Below are positions 31,103 through 41,075 of a DNA stretch of 64,000 bases, in pieces. Source of the DNA: Staphylococcus phage vB_SscM-1; the sequence record NC_047767.1; one strand, 5' to 3'. Positions within the stretch are counted from its first letter, which is position 1. Each line of letters begins with the position of its first letter. Position numbers and translations under genes: made by a program. The notes under the pieces were generated by a model. It made no database searches. It worked only from the letters and a program-made list of their open reading frames with translations, and was not told where the DNA came from.

Positions 31103-33036
31103 TGGTTGTATTTAAAAGAGTAGAAATGAATAACTTTATGGCAGTAAAAGAAGCAACTTTAGACTTAGACAATAGAGGGTTAGTACTTATAGAAGGGAAA
31201 AATAAATCCAACGATTCATTTACTTCCAATGGGGCATCTAAGACAACTCTTATTACATCTATTACTTATGCTTTATATGGTAAGACAGAGAAGGGTTTAA
31301 AAGCAGATGAAGTTGTTAATAGAATTGAGAAAAAGAATACGTATGTTAAACTAACATTCTTTGTTGGTGACGATGAGTATAGAATTGAGAGATATAGGAA
31401 AGATAAAACACATAAAAATAAGGTATTGTTATTCTGTAATGATAAGGAGATAACAGGCTCTACTAATGATGTAACAGATAAAGCTATACAAGACCTGTTC
31501 GGTATTGAGTTTAACACCTATGTCAACGCTATTATGTACGGACAAGGAGATATTCCTATGTTCAGTCAAGCAACAGATAAGGGTAAAAAAGAAATACTTG
31601 AATCTATTACTAATGTAGAAGTATATAAAAAAGCACAAGATGTTGCTAAAGAAAAAATAAAAGAAATAGAACAAGAGCAACAATCTAAAGAGTCAGATAT
31701 TAATCAACTTAAATTTAAGGTTAGTATGTTAGAAGAGCAATATGACAAAGACTTAGACTATTACAAAAGTGTGATGGAACAAAAGAAACAAGAAGAGGAG
31801 TCTATCGAACAAGCTAAAAAAGAAGCTGAGAAACAAAGAGAAGAGATAAGCAAACAGATTGAAGAAGTTAAAAATAATATTCCTCAAGTAGAGGAAACAG
31901 AGTTTGAATTCTCAGATAGTTATTACAAAGCTCAAGAAGCAATTAATAAACTAGAAACTCATAAGAAAGATAAGTTATTACCTGCAGAACAAGAAGTTAC
32001 TACTACTTTTAATATCATAAAATATGATATTACAGAGTTAAATAAAAAACATTCTCAACTAGATACTAGTGACCATTGCCCTGTATGTGGTTCTCCTATT
32101 AATAATTCACATAAGGTAAAAGAGCAAGAGAATATTCAGGAGCAACTAGAAGTTAAGAAAAAACAACTAGAGCAATACCAAGAAGCTCTTAACAAAATAG
32201 AAGATAAAAAATTAGAATTAGAATCAAAGAAAGAAAAGATACAAAACATTATGCAAGTTGAGGAAGAAGACAAGAATAAACACCAACAAGAAATTCAAGA
32301 ACAATATAGAAAACAACAAAGCTATTATGCTAAAATTAGTGAATTAGAAAATAAAAAGAATAGTATCACAGACCCTGTATTAAATGATTATTCATATATT
32401 AAGAAACCTGATAAAGAAGAACATAAAAAAGGGGTAACATTTATTAACTTAACTATTGACAAACTGAGTGAAGATGTGTTACAATTAGAGAGTAATAAAG
32501 TACAGTACCAACAAGCAGTAGAAGCTTTCGGTAATAAAGGTATACGCTCAGTAGTACTAGACTTTATAACACCTTTCTTAAATGAGAAAGCTAATGAATA
32601 CCTACAAGTATTATCAGGCTCTGATATAAGTGTAGAATTCCAAACACAAGTAGAGAACACGAAAGGGGAACTTAAGGATAAGTTCGATGTAATAGTTACA
32701 AATTCAAATGGAGGAACAAGCTATAAGTCTAACTCAGCAGGAGAACAAAAGCGTATAGACTTAGCAATCAGTTTTGCTATACAAGACCTTATTATGAGTA
32801 AGGATGACATATCAACAAACATTGCCTTATACGATGAATGTTTTGATGGACTAGACACGGTAGGTTGTGAAAATGTAATCAAGTTATTAAAAGATAGATT
32901 AAAAACAGTAGGAACAATTTTTGTTATTACGCACTCAGAATCACTCAAACCATTATTTGAAAATGTTATTACAATGGTTAAAGAGGAAGGCGTATCAAGA
33001 TTAGAAAAGGAGAATAATAATGAAGTTAAAAATTAA
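31102..33036 (+). CDS. sbcC: SbcC/Rad50-like ATPase
   Basis: N-terminal P-loop region (GKNKSNDSFTSNGASKTTL), a long central coiled coil, a zinc-hook CPVCGSP, an ABC signature NSAGEQKRIDLA, and a Walker B/D-loop LYDECFDGLD. Confidence 0.85.
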   Translation: MVVFKRVEMNNFMAVKEATLDLDNRGLVLIEGKNKSNDSFTSNGASKTTLITSITYALYGKTEKGLKADEVVNRIEKKNTYVKLTFFVGDDEYRIERYRKDKTHKNKVLLFCNDKEITGSTNDVTDKAIQDLFGIEFNTYVNAIMYGQGDIPMFSQATDKGKKEILESITNVEVYKKAQDVAKEKIKEIEQEQQSKESDINQLKFKVSMLEEQYDKDLDYYKSVMEQKKQEEESIEQAKKEAEKQREEISKQIEEVKNNIPQVEETEFEFSDSYYKAQEAINKLETHKKDKLLPAEQEVTTTFNIIKYDITELNKKHSQLDTSDHCPVCGSPINNSHKVKEQENIQEQLEVKKKQLEQYQEALNKIEDKKLELESKKEKIQNIMQVEEEDKNKHQQEIQEQYRKQQSYYAKISELENKKNSITDPVLNDYSYIKKPDKEEHKKGVTFINLTIDKLSEDVLQLESNKVQYQQAVEAFGNKGIRSVVLDFITPFLNEKANEYLQVLSGSDISVEFQTQVENTKGELKDKFDVIVTNSNGGTSYKSNSAGEQKRIDLAISFAIQDLIMSKDDISTNIALYDECFDGLDTVGCENVIKLLKDRLKTVGTIFVITHSESLKPLFENVITMVKEEGVSRLEKENNNEVKN

Positions 33037-33679
33037 TAATAAGGATAGAGGAGACCTAGTAGTCTTCCATAAGAATAAGGAATATAAGGAAATAAAAGTA
33101 CCATTAGATAATCTAGAAGAGTGGTATCCTTTTAGCTTTGCTTATGAATATAAATTAGATAAGTTTGGTAAAGCATTGGAGCTTAAGAGACTACGCTCTA
33201 CACTACCAACATCTTATGGTATAAGTGACAATTCAACACACACAGTAAGTAAGGATAGTTGTAAGTGTGATTTACTGACATGGGTTAACCCAGCAGTTAA
33301 AAGAGAGAATATGAGAGTTATTGCAAAAGCTAAGAGTTATGGTTTACCAGTTATTAATGAACCTTACACTAAGCAAGATGTAAATAGAGGTATGAAAGAA
33401 CTAGGAGTTATCTTCAACAACTTAAAAGACATTGTTGTTAAAAGATACTTAAAAGATAAGTCAGAAGAAGAGATTAAAAGATTTAACATGAAAGCAGAAG
33501 AAAACCAATTAAGTGAAGCTTTGCAGAAAAGTGATGTAGCTGTTGATTTAACTTATAGTGAGTTAGGTCAAGTATACAGAATGTTAACACTTATGAAAAA
33601 AATAGTAAGACACAGAGAAGCAGTAAATATGGATATGGATATCTATAAGAACTATGAAGAACTATTAAATACAATCTAA
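33020..33679 (+). CDS. hypothetical protein (219 aa)
   Basis: It overlaps the sbcC end by 17 nt and is preceded by AAAAGGAGAATAATAATG. No motif was recognised. Confidence 0.65.
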   Translation: MKLKINNKDRGDLVVFHKNKEYKEIKVPLDNLEEWYPFSFAYEYKLDKFGKALELKRLRSTLPTSYGISDNSTHTVSKDSCKCDLLTWVNPAVKRENMRVIAKAKSYGLPVINEPYTKQDVNRGMKELGVIFNNLKDIVVKRYLKDKSEEEIKRFNMKAEENQLSEALQKSDVAVDLTYSELGQVYRMLTLMKKIVRHREAVNMDMDIYKNYEELLNTI

Positions 33680-33691
33680 GGAGGTACAGCC

Positions 33692-34771
33692 ATGAGATTT
33701 GAAGACTTTTTAACAGATGAACTAGGGCAACCTAAAGAGAATACAATTGGTGAGCTTAGGTATTGCTGTCCTTTCTGTGGAGAAACAAAATATAAGTTCT
33801 ATGTTAAACAATCAATAGACTCTTCAAATGGATTGTACCACTGTAAGAAGTGTAATGAAAAAGGTAATCCTATAACTTTTATGAAGAAGTATTACGGGGT
33901 TAATGGTAAACAGGCAGTAGACCTATTAGATAGTAAAAGCATAGATATAGAAAGACAAGAAATTATACAATTTAATAATAATGACTTGACTGAATCTGAA
34001 AAGCTTATACTGATGATGAGAGGGGTAGATAATTATAGAGATTATGTTAAAAAAGTACCTCCTCCTTTACCCGTAGGATTTAAATACATTAAGGATAATC
34101 TTAATAATAAAGAAGTAGCACCTTTCTTGATATATCTCAAAAACAGAGGTATAACACTAGAACAAATTATCGAACATAACATAGCATATATAATAAATGG
34201 GTATTGTTATTCAAGAGGTAATAATGGTGAAACTAAGAAAATAACTTTAAGAAATAGTATAATATTCTTTACTTATAATTCTAAAGGTAAGTACTTATAC
34301 TGGAATACTAGAAGTATAGAGCCTAATCCTTATCTTAAATCCATTAATGCTCCCGCACAGGAACATGAACTAGGTAAAAGAGATGTTATATTTAATCTTA
34401 ACAGAGCTATGAAGGAGAAAATGATAGTTATAACAGAAGGTGTGTTTGATGCTCTTACCTACCAACAGTATGGAATAGCAACTTTTGGTAAGCAGGTAAC
34501 AGAAGAACAGCTTAATTTGTTAAGAGAGTATATACCTGTAAGTACACCAATTATGATTATGCTAGACAGTGATGCAATGGAATTTAGTGTAGAGCTTGCT
34601 AAGAAACTCTATATTACACATAAAAGAGTATATGTAATACCTCATGGTGACTTAGATGCCAATGATTTAGGGGTAGAGAAAGCTTTTAGTTTATTAAAAA
34701 ATAGAGTACTAGCAAGTCCTGAAGGATTACAAAGTTATTTTTTACAACAAAAACTTTCTAAATGGGCTTGA
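33692..34771 (+). CDS. DnaG-like DNA primase with a zinc-binding domain and a Toprim domain
   Basis: Zinc finger CCPFCGE…HCKKCNEKG. Toprim acidic residues appear in IVITEGVFDA and IMLDSDAME. Confidence 0.8.
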   Translation: MRFEDFLTDELGQPKENTIGELRYCCPFCGETKYKFYVKQSIDSSNGLYHCKKCNEKGNPITFMKKYYGVNGKQAVDLLDSKSIDIERQEIIQFNNNDLTESEKLILMMRGVDNYRDYVKKVPPPLPVGFKYIKDNLNNKEVAPFLIYLKNRGITLEQIIEHNIAYIINGYCYSRGNNGETKKITLRNSIIFFTYNSKGKYLYWNTRSIEPNPYLKSINAPAQEHELGKRDVIFNLNRAMKEKMIVITEGVFDALTYQQYGIATFGKQVTEEQLNLLREYIPVSTPIMIMLDSDAMEFSVELAKKLYITHKRVYVIPHGDLDANDLGVEKAFSLLKNRVLASPEGLQSYFLQQKLSKWA

Positions 34772-34796
34772 CTAGAACAAATATTTATGATATAAT
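34768..34796 (+). promoter_or_regulatory. sigma-A-type promoter: TTGACT, 17-bp spacer, TGaTATAAT
   Basis: TTGACT at 34768-34773 overlaps the primase stop. TATAAT at 34791-34796. Confidence 0.65.
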
Positions 34797-34825
34797 AGTA
34801 CTTAAGAAATTAAGGAGGAATTTAA

Positions 34826-35143
34826 TTGGAACATAAAGATAATATTTATTCATTTATTGATGCTTACATGTTAGCTTTAGAAGCTAATGATGAAGCAGAG
34901 CAAAAAAGGTTAGAGGATTATGGTGAAACAGTTACAGCAAACCTTACTCAGGTTGCTCAAGCTATAACAACTCTTACACAAGGAGTAAGTAGACATATTC
35001 AAGATGTCGAGCAGAACAATGAACTTAATCTAAACATTCTAATTGATGCACTTTATCAAGCAGGAATGATTACAGATGACGTTTTAAAACATATTGAAGA
35101 ATCAGTAAATAAATTAGAAGAAACTAAAGGAGAAGAAGAATAA
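34826..35143 (+). CDS. acidic hypothetical protein (105 aa); TTG start
   Basis: TTG lies 7 nt after AAGGAGGA. Confidence 0.65.
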   Translation: MEHKDNIYSFIDAYMLALEANDEAEQKRLEDYGETVTANLTQVAQAITTLTQGVSRHIQDVEQNNELNLNILIDALYQAGMITDDVLKHIEESVNKLEETKGEEE

Positions 35144-35601
35144 TGACAAAAGTTACAAGCACACACTCAAAAGGAATTAACGATAATGAATTAAACATGT
35201 GGTTAGAGGCAGTTACTAGAAACACAGTAAATGGAGAAACTATTACACCTGACCAAGCTAAGCATTTAGATAGATTAGCAAACCGTAGCGTATCTTTAGA
35301 AGAAGCTACTCGTATCGCACAAACATTAGTAAGTGCAGATGCACAATATACTACTCAATACTTAAACCAACTTTTCAATATTGTTGATATTTTCCAAATT
35401 GTTATGGAAGATGAGTTAGGTTTAACAGAGGAGCAATTCAAGAAGGCTTCGGAGAAAGTAAAAGAGAAGCGTGAAGAGTTATTAGAGAAAGAACAAGAAA
35501 AGGTAAGAGAAGCATCAAAAGATGCACAAGAAGAAGCTCTAAAGGAAATCAAGGAAAAGAAAGAAGAAAAAATTGTACAAATGAAGTCTAGAAATGACTA
35601 A
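35143..35601 (+). CDS. hypothetical coiled-coil protein (152 aa)
   Basis: Its start overlaps the previous stop (TAATGA). The C-terminus is K/E-rich and coiled-coil-like. Confidence 0.65.
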   Translation: MTKVTSTHSKGINDNELNMWLEAVTRNTVNGETITPDQAKHLDRLANRSVSLEEATRIAQTLVSADAQYTTQYLNQLFNIVDIFQIVMEDELGLTEEQFKKASEKVKEKREELLEKEQEKVREASKDAQEEALKEIKEKKEEKIVQMKSRND

Positions 35602-36205
35602 TTCAAAGAAAAAGGGAGATAAGTTTGAAAGAAAGATTGCCAAGATTCTTGGTGATTGGTGGGGAGTAAAATTTAATAGAACACCTCAGAGTGGAGGAGC
35701 TAGTTGGGCTTCAAGTAATAACGCTGTAGGTGATATACTCCCTCCTGCACATGCAGGATTTCCTTTAGTAATTGAATGTAAACATAGAGAAGAATGGACT
35801 ATGGATAATGTACTTCTTAATAACAGAGAACCACATACATGGTGGGCTCAAGTTATAGGTGATAGCAGTACTGTAAATAAAGCACCTTGTTTGATATTCA
35901 CAAGGAATAGAGGTTCTATCTATGTTGCATTACCTTATATAGAGCAGGTTTACCTTGATTTAAGAGATAAGTCGTTTCCTATAATGAGAACAGACTTTAT
36001 TATTGAAAATATTAGAAAAGATAAATTATATTATGATGTGCTGATAACTACGATTGATGGGTTGACCAGTTTACCTACCTCTTATATTATTAGTCACTAC
36101 GGAAATTTTAAGACGACAGAATATAAAAAAGTTGAGTCAGAGGTAACTAAAAAAACCTCTATAGAGGAAGATACAATTATTGATGACCTTCTTAACAATA
36201 TATAA
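35594..36205 (+). CDS. Holliday-junction resolvase-like nuclease (Hjc / PD-(D/E)xK family)
   Basis: The N-terminal KKGDKFERKIAKILGDWWG resembles the Hjc-type GxxFERxL motif. It overlaps the previous gene by 8 nt. Confidence 0.6.
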   Translation: MTNSKKKGDKFERKIAKILGDWWGVKFNRTPQSGGASWASSNNAVGDILPPAHAGFPLVIECKHREEWTMDNVLLNNREPHTWWAQVIGDSSTVNKAPCLIFTRNRGSIYVALPYIEQVYLDLRDKSFPIMRTDFIIENIRKDKLYYDVLITTIDGLTSLPTSYIISHYGNFKTTEYKKVESEVTKKTSIEEDTIIDDLLNNI

Positions 36206-36225
36206 AGAATGGAGACAGATGCAAT

Positions 36226-36540
36226 ATGGCAATGAAAGATGTAACAAGTGAAGAGTATAAAGAACAAAAAGGAGAAGGTTTAAAAATAGTAGACCTTTGG
36301 GCTCCTTGGTGCGGTTCTTGTAAGATGCTTAACCCTACAGTAGAAGGTTTAGCAAGTGAATATGAAAATGACCTAGATATTTTAAAGGTTAATATAGATG
36401 AAGAAGAGGATATAGCTAGTGAATTAGATGTCATGAGTATTCCTACTCTAGTGTTCTTTAAAGATGGAGAAAAAGTAGAAAGTCTTACTGGATTCCAACC
36501 TAAAGAAAAAATACAACAACTGATTGAAAAACATAAATAA
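36226..36540 (+). CDS. thioredoxin with a non-canonical CGSC active site
   Basis: WAPWCGSCK active-site motif, plus the cis-Pro loop and the …SIPTLVFFKDGEKV… beta-strand typical of the thioredoxin fold. Confidence 0.8.
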   Translation: MAMKDVTSEEYKEQKGEGLKIVDLWAPWCGSCKMLNPTVEGLASEYENDLDILKVNIDEEEDIASELDVMSIPTLVFFKDGEKVESLTGFQPKEKIQQLIEKHK

Positions 36541-36549
36541 TAGGAGGAC

Positions 36550-37902
36550 ATGACTTTGATTACGCAAATTAAGAAAAGAGATGGGTCTATTGTAGAATAT
36601 GACCTTAATAAAGTAACTAATGCTATCTTAAAAGCTAACTCAGAAACAAATGAGTACTTAGAGGATAGCATTGATATTCTAGTAGATGATGTAGATAGCT
36701 TATTAGAAGAAAAAGAGGAAGTACTTACAGTTGAGTGTGTACAGGATATGGTAGAAAAGGTACTACTAGGCAGTGAGTTTAAAGAGACAGCTAAAGAGTA
36801 CATCTTATATAGAGATAAAAGAGATAGAGAAAGACGTAGAGATATCTTTAAAGCAAGAAAAGAGTTAAAACCATATGAGTATCCGGAGTTATTAGAATAC
36901 ATTAGAGCTATTCAAAATAGTTATTGGGTTCACACAGAGTTTAACTACACAAGTGATATTCAAGATTACATGCAGAATGTTAAACCTCATGAGCGTACAG
37001 CTATTAAAAATGCAATGTTAGCTATTGCACAAGTAGAAGTATCAGTTAAGACATTCTGGGGAGACTTATATCACCGTATGCCTAAATGGGAAACAGGAGC
37101 AGTAGGAGCTACATTCTCAGAGTCAGAAGTACGTCATGCAGATGCATACTCTCACTTAATAGAGTTACTAGGACTTAATGATGAGTTCAAGAACATTGAT
37201 AATATTCCAGCATTAAAAGAGCGTGTAGATGAATTATCAATGCATATAAAACTAAGTAAGAGTGAAGAGGATAAAGACTACGTATTATCTGTATTATTAT
37301 TCTCATTATTTATTGAGCACGTATCATTATTTAGTCAATTCTTAATCATGATGAGTTTTAACAAACATAAAAACTTATTTAGAGGATTATCAAACGCAAT
37401 CGAAGCTACAAGTAAAGAGGAACAGATTCATGGTCTATTTGGTATTGAGCTTATTAATATCATAAGAGAAGAGCACCCTGAGTGGTTCGATGAAGAAATG
37501 GAGAAAGCAGTTTATGAAGCTTGTAAACATTCTCTTGAAGCAGAAATAAAAGTTATTGACTGGCTTTATGAAGATGGAGAATTAGAATTCTTACCTAAAA
37601 AGGTAGTACAAGAGTTTATTAAGAACAGACTTAATAATTCTTTAGAGGCAGTAGGATACGAGAAGTTATTTGAAATTGATGAAGAACTTATCGAAGAAAC
37701 AGCATGGTTCGATGACGAAGTAATCAGTACAAAATTAACAGACTTCTTGTCTAAACGTTCAGTTAACTATACTAAGTTTACAAACTCAGTAACAGAAGAT
37801 ACATTATTCTCTTCAACATCAGAATTTGAAAACTCAGAAAAAGAAATCAGTAAAGATAAAGTAAACGAGATTTTACGCTTACGTATGCTAACAAGAGGAT
37901 AA
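36550..37902 (+). CDS. ribonucleotide reductase small (radical-generating, R2/NrdB-like) subunit with an N-terminal ATP-cone fused to it
   Basis: Residues 1-95 form an ATP-cone (IKKRDGSIVEYDLNKVTNAILKA…YILYRDKRDRERR). R2 motifs: FSESEVRHADAYSHLIE (Glu/His metal ligands plus the radical-site Tyr) and SKEEQIHGLFGIEL (ExxH). The residue aligned with the usual first Asp ligand appears to be Glu (IAQVEVSV). Confidence 0.8.
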   Translation: MTLITQIKKRDGSIVEYDLNKVTNAILKANSETNEYLEDSIDILVDDVDSLLEEKEEVLTVECVQDMVEKVLLGSEFKETAKEYILYRDKRDRERRRDIFKARKELKPYEYPELLEYIRAIQNSYWVHTEFNYTSDIQDYMQNVKPHERTAIKNAMLAIAQVEVSVKTFWGDLYHRMPKWETGAVGATFSESEVRHADAYSHLIELLGLNDEFKNIDNIPALKERVDELSMHIKLSKSEEDKDYVLSVLLFSLFIEHVSLFSQFLIMMSFNKHKNLFRGLSNAIEATSKEEQIHGLFGIELINIIREEHPEWFDEEMEKAVYEACKHSLEAEIKVIDWLYEDGELEFLPKKVVQEFIKNRLNNSLEAVGYEKLFEIDEELIEETAWFDDEVISTKLTDFLSKRSVNYTKFTNSVTEDTLFSSTSEFENSEKEISKDKVNEILRLRMLTRG

Positions 37903-37919
37903 CATAGGAGGAAATTATA

Positions 37920-39602
37920 TTGGAACAGTTTGAATGGTTAAATACAGATTCAAGAGTATTCTTGGAGAGAGGATACTTAAGTGAGGGTGAAACACCTGAG
38001 CAACGTATTAGAGATATAGCAGATACAGCAGAGGAGATTTTAGGAATCGAAGGATTCTCTGATAAATTTTATTACTACATGGGTAGAGGTTACTACTCAT
38101 TATCTAGTCCTGTATGGTCTAACTTCGGTAAAGATAGAGGACTAAGTATTAGTTGTTTTGGTTCATACACAGGAGACTCTATACCTTCTATTTTAGGTAC
38201 AGCAAGTGAAGTAGGGGTTATGAGTAAATTTGGAGGAGGAACAAGCGGTTACTTTGGTAAAGTAAGACCTAGAGGTTCTGATATTACTAATAATGGTAAG
38301 ACAAGCGGTTCTGTACACTTCATGAAGTTATTTGAACAAATGACAGATACTATCTCTCAAGGTAATACACGTAGAGGTAGATTTAGTCCTTACTTACCTA
38401 TCGACCACCCAGATATTGAAGAATTCTTAGAAATTGGTACAGAAGGTAACCCTATTCAAAACATGACACATGCAGTAACTGTTACAGATGATTGGTTACA
38501 AGATATGGTTAACGGAGATTTAGAGAAACGTAAAATATGGGCTAAGGTTCTTACACGTAGAACTCAATTAGGATTCCCTTACATCATGTTCAGTGATAAC
38601 GCAAACAATAATACAGTAGACGTATATAAAGATAAAGGGATGAAGATTAATAACTCAAACTTATGTTCTGAAATATTCCTACCTAATAATGAAGAAGAAT
38701 CATTTGTATGTTGTTTATCTTCAATGAATTTAGTACACTATGAAGAGTGGAAAGACACAGATGCAGTTGAAGTATTAACTTACTTCCTTGATGCAGTAAT
38801 GTCTGAGTTCATTTCAGACTTAGAGAAAATGAGAGACTCAGAAGATATTGAGAAGAGAGAATCATTTAGATTAATGGAAAGAGCTTATAACTTCTCTAAA
38901 CGCCACCGTGCATTAGGATTAGGAGTACTTGGATGGCACTCTTATTTACAATCTAAAATGATACCTTTTGAAAGTGTAGAAGCTAGTCGTCTTAACACAC
39001 AAATATTCTCATTCATCAAGAAGAAAGCATACAAAGCAAGTAAAGAACTAGCAGAATTATTCGGTGAACCAGAATTACTACAAGGTTATGGTAGAAGAAA
39101 TAGTACACTACTAGCATTAGCTCCTACTACTTCAAGTTCATTTATCTTAGGTCAAGTATCTAAGTCTATTGAACCATTCATGAGTAACTATTATGTAGTA
39201 GACACAGCTAAAGTTAAGAAAACAATGATTAACCCTTACCTTAAGGAACTACTTAAAGAAAAAGGTAAAGATACTAAAGAAGTACTAGAAAGTATTAGAG
39301 ACTATGATGGTTCAGTACAACACTTAGACTTCTTAAATCAAAGAGAAAAAGATGTATTTAAAACATATGGTGAAATTAACCAGTATAACATTTTAGACCA
39401 AGCAGGAAGTAGACAGTATTACATTGACCAAGGACAATCAATTAATATTATGGTTAATCCTAAGCATGTAACAGCAGAAGAACTTAATGAGCTTTACCTC
39501 TTTGCATGGGCTAACGGTATTAAATCTTTATATTACCAACACGGTACTAACTCAGCTCAACAGTTTAACTTATCTAAATTATGTATCAACTGTGAAGCTT
39601 AA
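37920..39602 (+). CDS. ribonucleotide reductase large (R1/NrdA-like) subunit, short form lacking an ATP-cone
   Basis: TTG start lies 7 nt after AGGAGGA. Matches include GGGTSGYFGKVRPRGSDI, the catalytic NLCSEIFLP (N-x-C-x-E) and a C-terminal Cys pair LCINCEA. At 560 aa it is about 150 aa shorter at the N-terminus than canonical class I R1. Confidence 0.8.
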   Translation: MEQFEWLNTDSRVFLERGYLSEGETPEQRIRDIADTAEEILGIEGFSDKFYYYMGRGYYSLSSPVWSNFGKDRGLSISCFGSYTGDSIPSILGTASEVGVMSKFGGGTSGYFGKVRPRGSDITNNGKTSGSVHFMKLFEQMTDTISQGNTRRGRFSPYLPIDHPDIEEFLEIGTEGNPIQNMTHAVTVTDDWLQDMVNGDLEKRKIWAKVLTRRTQLGFPYIMFSDNANNNTVDVYKDKGMKINNSNLCSEIFLPNNEEESFVCCLSSMNLVHYEEWKDTDAVEVLTYFLDAVMSEFISDLEKMRDSEDIEKRESFRLMERAYNFSKRHRALGLGVLGWHSYLQSKMIPFESVEASRLNTQIFSFIKKKAYKASKELAELFGEPELLQGYGRRNSTLLALAPTTSSSFILGQVSKSIEPFMSNYYVVDTAKVKKTMINPYLKELLKEKGKDTKEVLESIRDYDGSVQHLDFLNQREKDVFKTYGEINQYNILDQAGSRQYYIDQGQSINIMVNPKHVTAEELNELYLFAWANGIKSLYYQHGTNSAQQFNLSKLCINCEA

Positions 39603-39631
39603 TCCCTTTAAAGAAAAGAGGAAACTATATT

Positions 39632-39949
39632 ATGGATAGAGAAGAAGGTTTAAGGTTACTTAATAATACAAGTAAAGTATTTGAAGGTAAGGAAGACTTT
39701 TTGTATGTTACAGATGTTTACGATGCATCAAAGATACTATATGGTAAAGATGATAAGAGTGTAGACTCTAATACAGTTATGGCTCAAGTAGACTTTGTTT
39801 ATAAGAGTGAATACTACATCTTACAGTATAATGCAGGTAGACAAGCTACAAAGCTTATTATGGCAAATGAAAATGGAACAGTCGATAGAACTGTAAACAT
39901 TAATGAGTTTAAAGATATTATAAAATCAATTCAAAAGGATGGTAAATAA
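39632..39949 (+). CDS. hypothetical protein (105 aa)
   Basis: RBS AAGAGGAAACTATATTATG. Confidence 0.65.
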   Translation: MDREEGLRLLNNTSKVFEGKEDFLYVTDVYDASKILYGKDDKSVDSNTVMAQVDFVYKSEYYILQYNAGRQATKLIMANENGTVDRTVNINEFKDIIKSIQKDGK

Positions 39950-39952
39950 GAT

Positions 39953-40264
39953 ATGAAGGAAGTTACATCATTAGGTAATTTAAGTGCTACAATTAAGGAA
40001 AAGAAGGATGCCATTGTTATCATGGTACAAGACAATTGTGCAAAAAGTGAAATTATTAAGAACACAATTCCTTTATTAGAAGAAGACATTGAAAAGCCTA
40101 TTCTATTACTAGACTTAGATGCAAAAGACGTAAATAGAGAAAAAGCAGAGGAGCTTTTCGGTTCTGAAACACCTGCTTTAATAGGTTATAAAGATGGAGA
40201 AAGAAAAGATGTATACGCAGGTAACATCACTCCTACACAATTAGTTAAATTAGATAATTTGTAA
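39953..40264 (+). CDS. thioredoxin-fold protein with a monothiol CxxS motif
   Basis: IVIMVQDNCAKSE (C-A-K-S) and the thioredoxin-like C-terminal part TPALIGYKDGERKDVYAG. Confidence 0.65.
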   Translation: MKEVTSLGNLSATIKEKKDAIVIMVQDNCAKSEIIKNTIPLLEEDIEKPILLLDLDAKDVNREKAEELFGSETPALIGYKDGERKDVYAGNITPTQLVKLDNL

Positions 40265-40272
40265 AATTTAAT

Positions 40273-40301
40273 TTGCAAATCCTCTACAAGTATGTTATAA
40301 T
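40273..40301 (+). promoter_or_regulatory. sigma-A-type promoter: TTGCAA, 17-bp spacer, TGtTATAAT
   Basis: TTGCAA at 40273-40278 and TATAAT at 40296-40301. Confidence 0.65.
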
Positions 40302-40331
40302 TAAAATAACATACAAGGTGGAGGATTTTTT

Positions 40332-41075
40332 ATGGCTAAAAATAAAACATTAACTATTTATAACAGTGATAGGTATTTTAATATAGATACAAAAGATAAA
40401 GACAAAATAAGTGAACACATTAAAGTAACAAGATTGAATGAGGATGAAGTAGAACAAGACCTGGATATCATTAAGAACAAATCTACAAGATATAAACTTA
40501 AAGATGATAAAAGTTACATACTATTTAATGAGAAGTATAACAATGATAGACTAATTGAGAAGGTATGTAACCATGGAGGAGAAGTAACTTACTACACAGA
40601 GTCTGTAGTACCTTATTATGTATTAAAGCAGTTATCCAACAGTAATAACTCATCAGTAGTTTATAAAATGAGAGAATCATTTACTAACAGAGAGATTGAT
40701 AACATAGCGTTATCTTTTATGGGTACTAAGGTTATTATTGATATCTCAGTAGTACTACCTAACGTTAACCCTTATGAAATACTAAGAAACTTGCACCCTA
40801 TTAAAACAAATGTAGATGAAGTACATTTAACATTCCCTAGACTTAAAGAGATAGAGCCAGGACAAGAAAGGTTTTATACATTTGATGGGGAAGGGTATGA
40901 ACTATTAGCTAAATACAAGGTAGACTTTGCAGAAAGAGTTAGAGTATCTTTATCTGTATGGAAAATGTATATCTATATACTAACTAGTGAACACGACCAT
41001 CAAGAAGTCACAAAAGAGATAGACAAGCTAAGAGCAGAGAAAAAGGTCAGATTTAAGGGTGGTAACCGTGGATAA
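40332..41075 (+). CDS. hypothetical protein (247 aa)
   Basis: RBS CAAGGTGGAGGATTTTTTATG. Confidence 0.65.
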   Translation: MAKNKTLTIYNSDRYFNIDTKDKDKISEHIKVTRLNEDEVEQDLDIIKNKSTRYKLKDDKSYILFNEKYNNDRLIEKVCNHGGEVTYYTESVVPYYVLKQLSNSNNSSVVYKMRESFTNREIDNIALSFMGTKVIIDISVVLPNVNPYEILRNLHPIKTNVDEVHLTFPRLKEIEPGQERFYTFDGEGYELLAKYKVDFAERVRVSLSVWKMYIYILTSEHDHQEVTKEIDKLRAEKKVRFKGGNRG

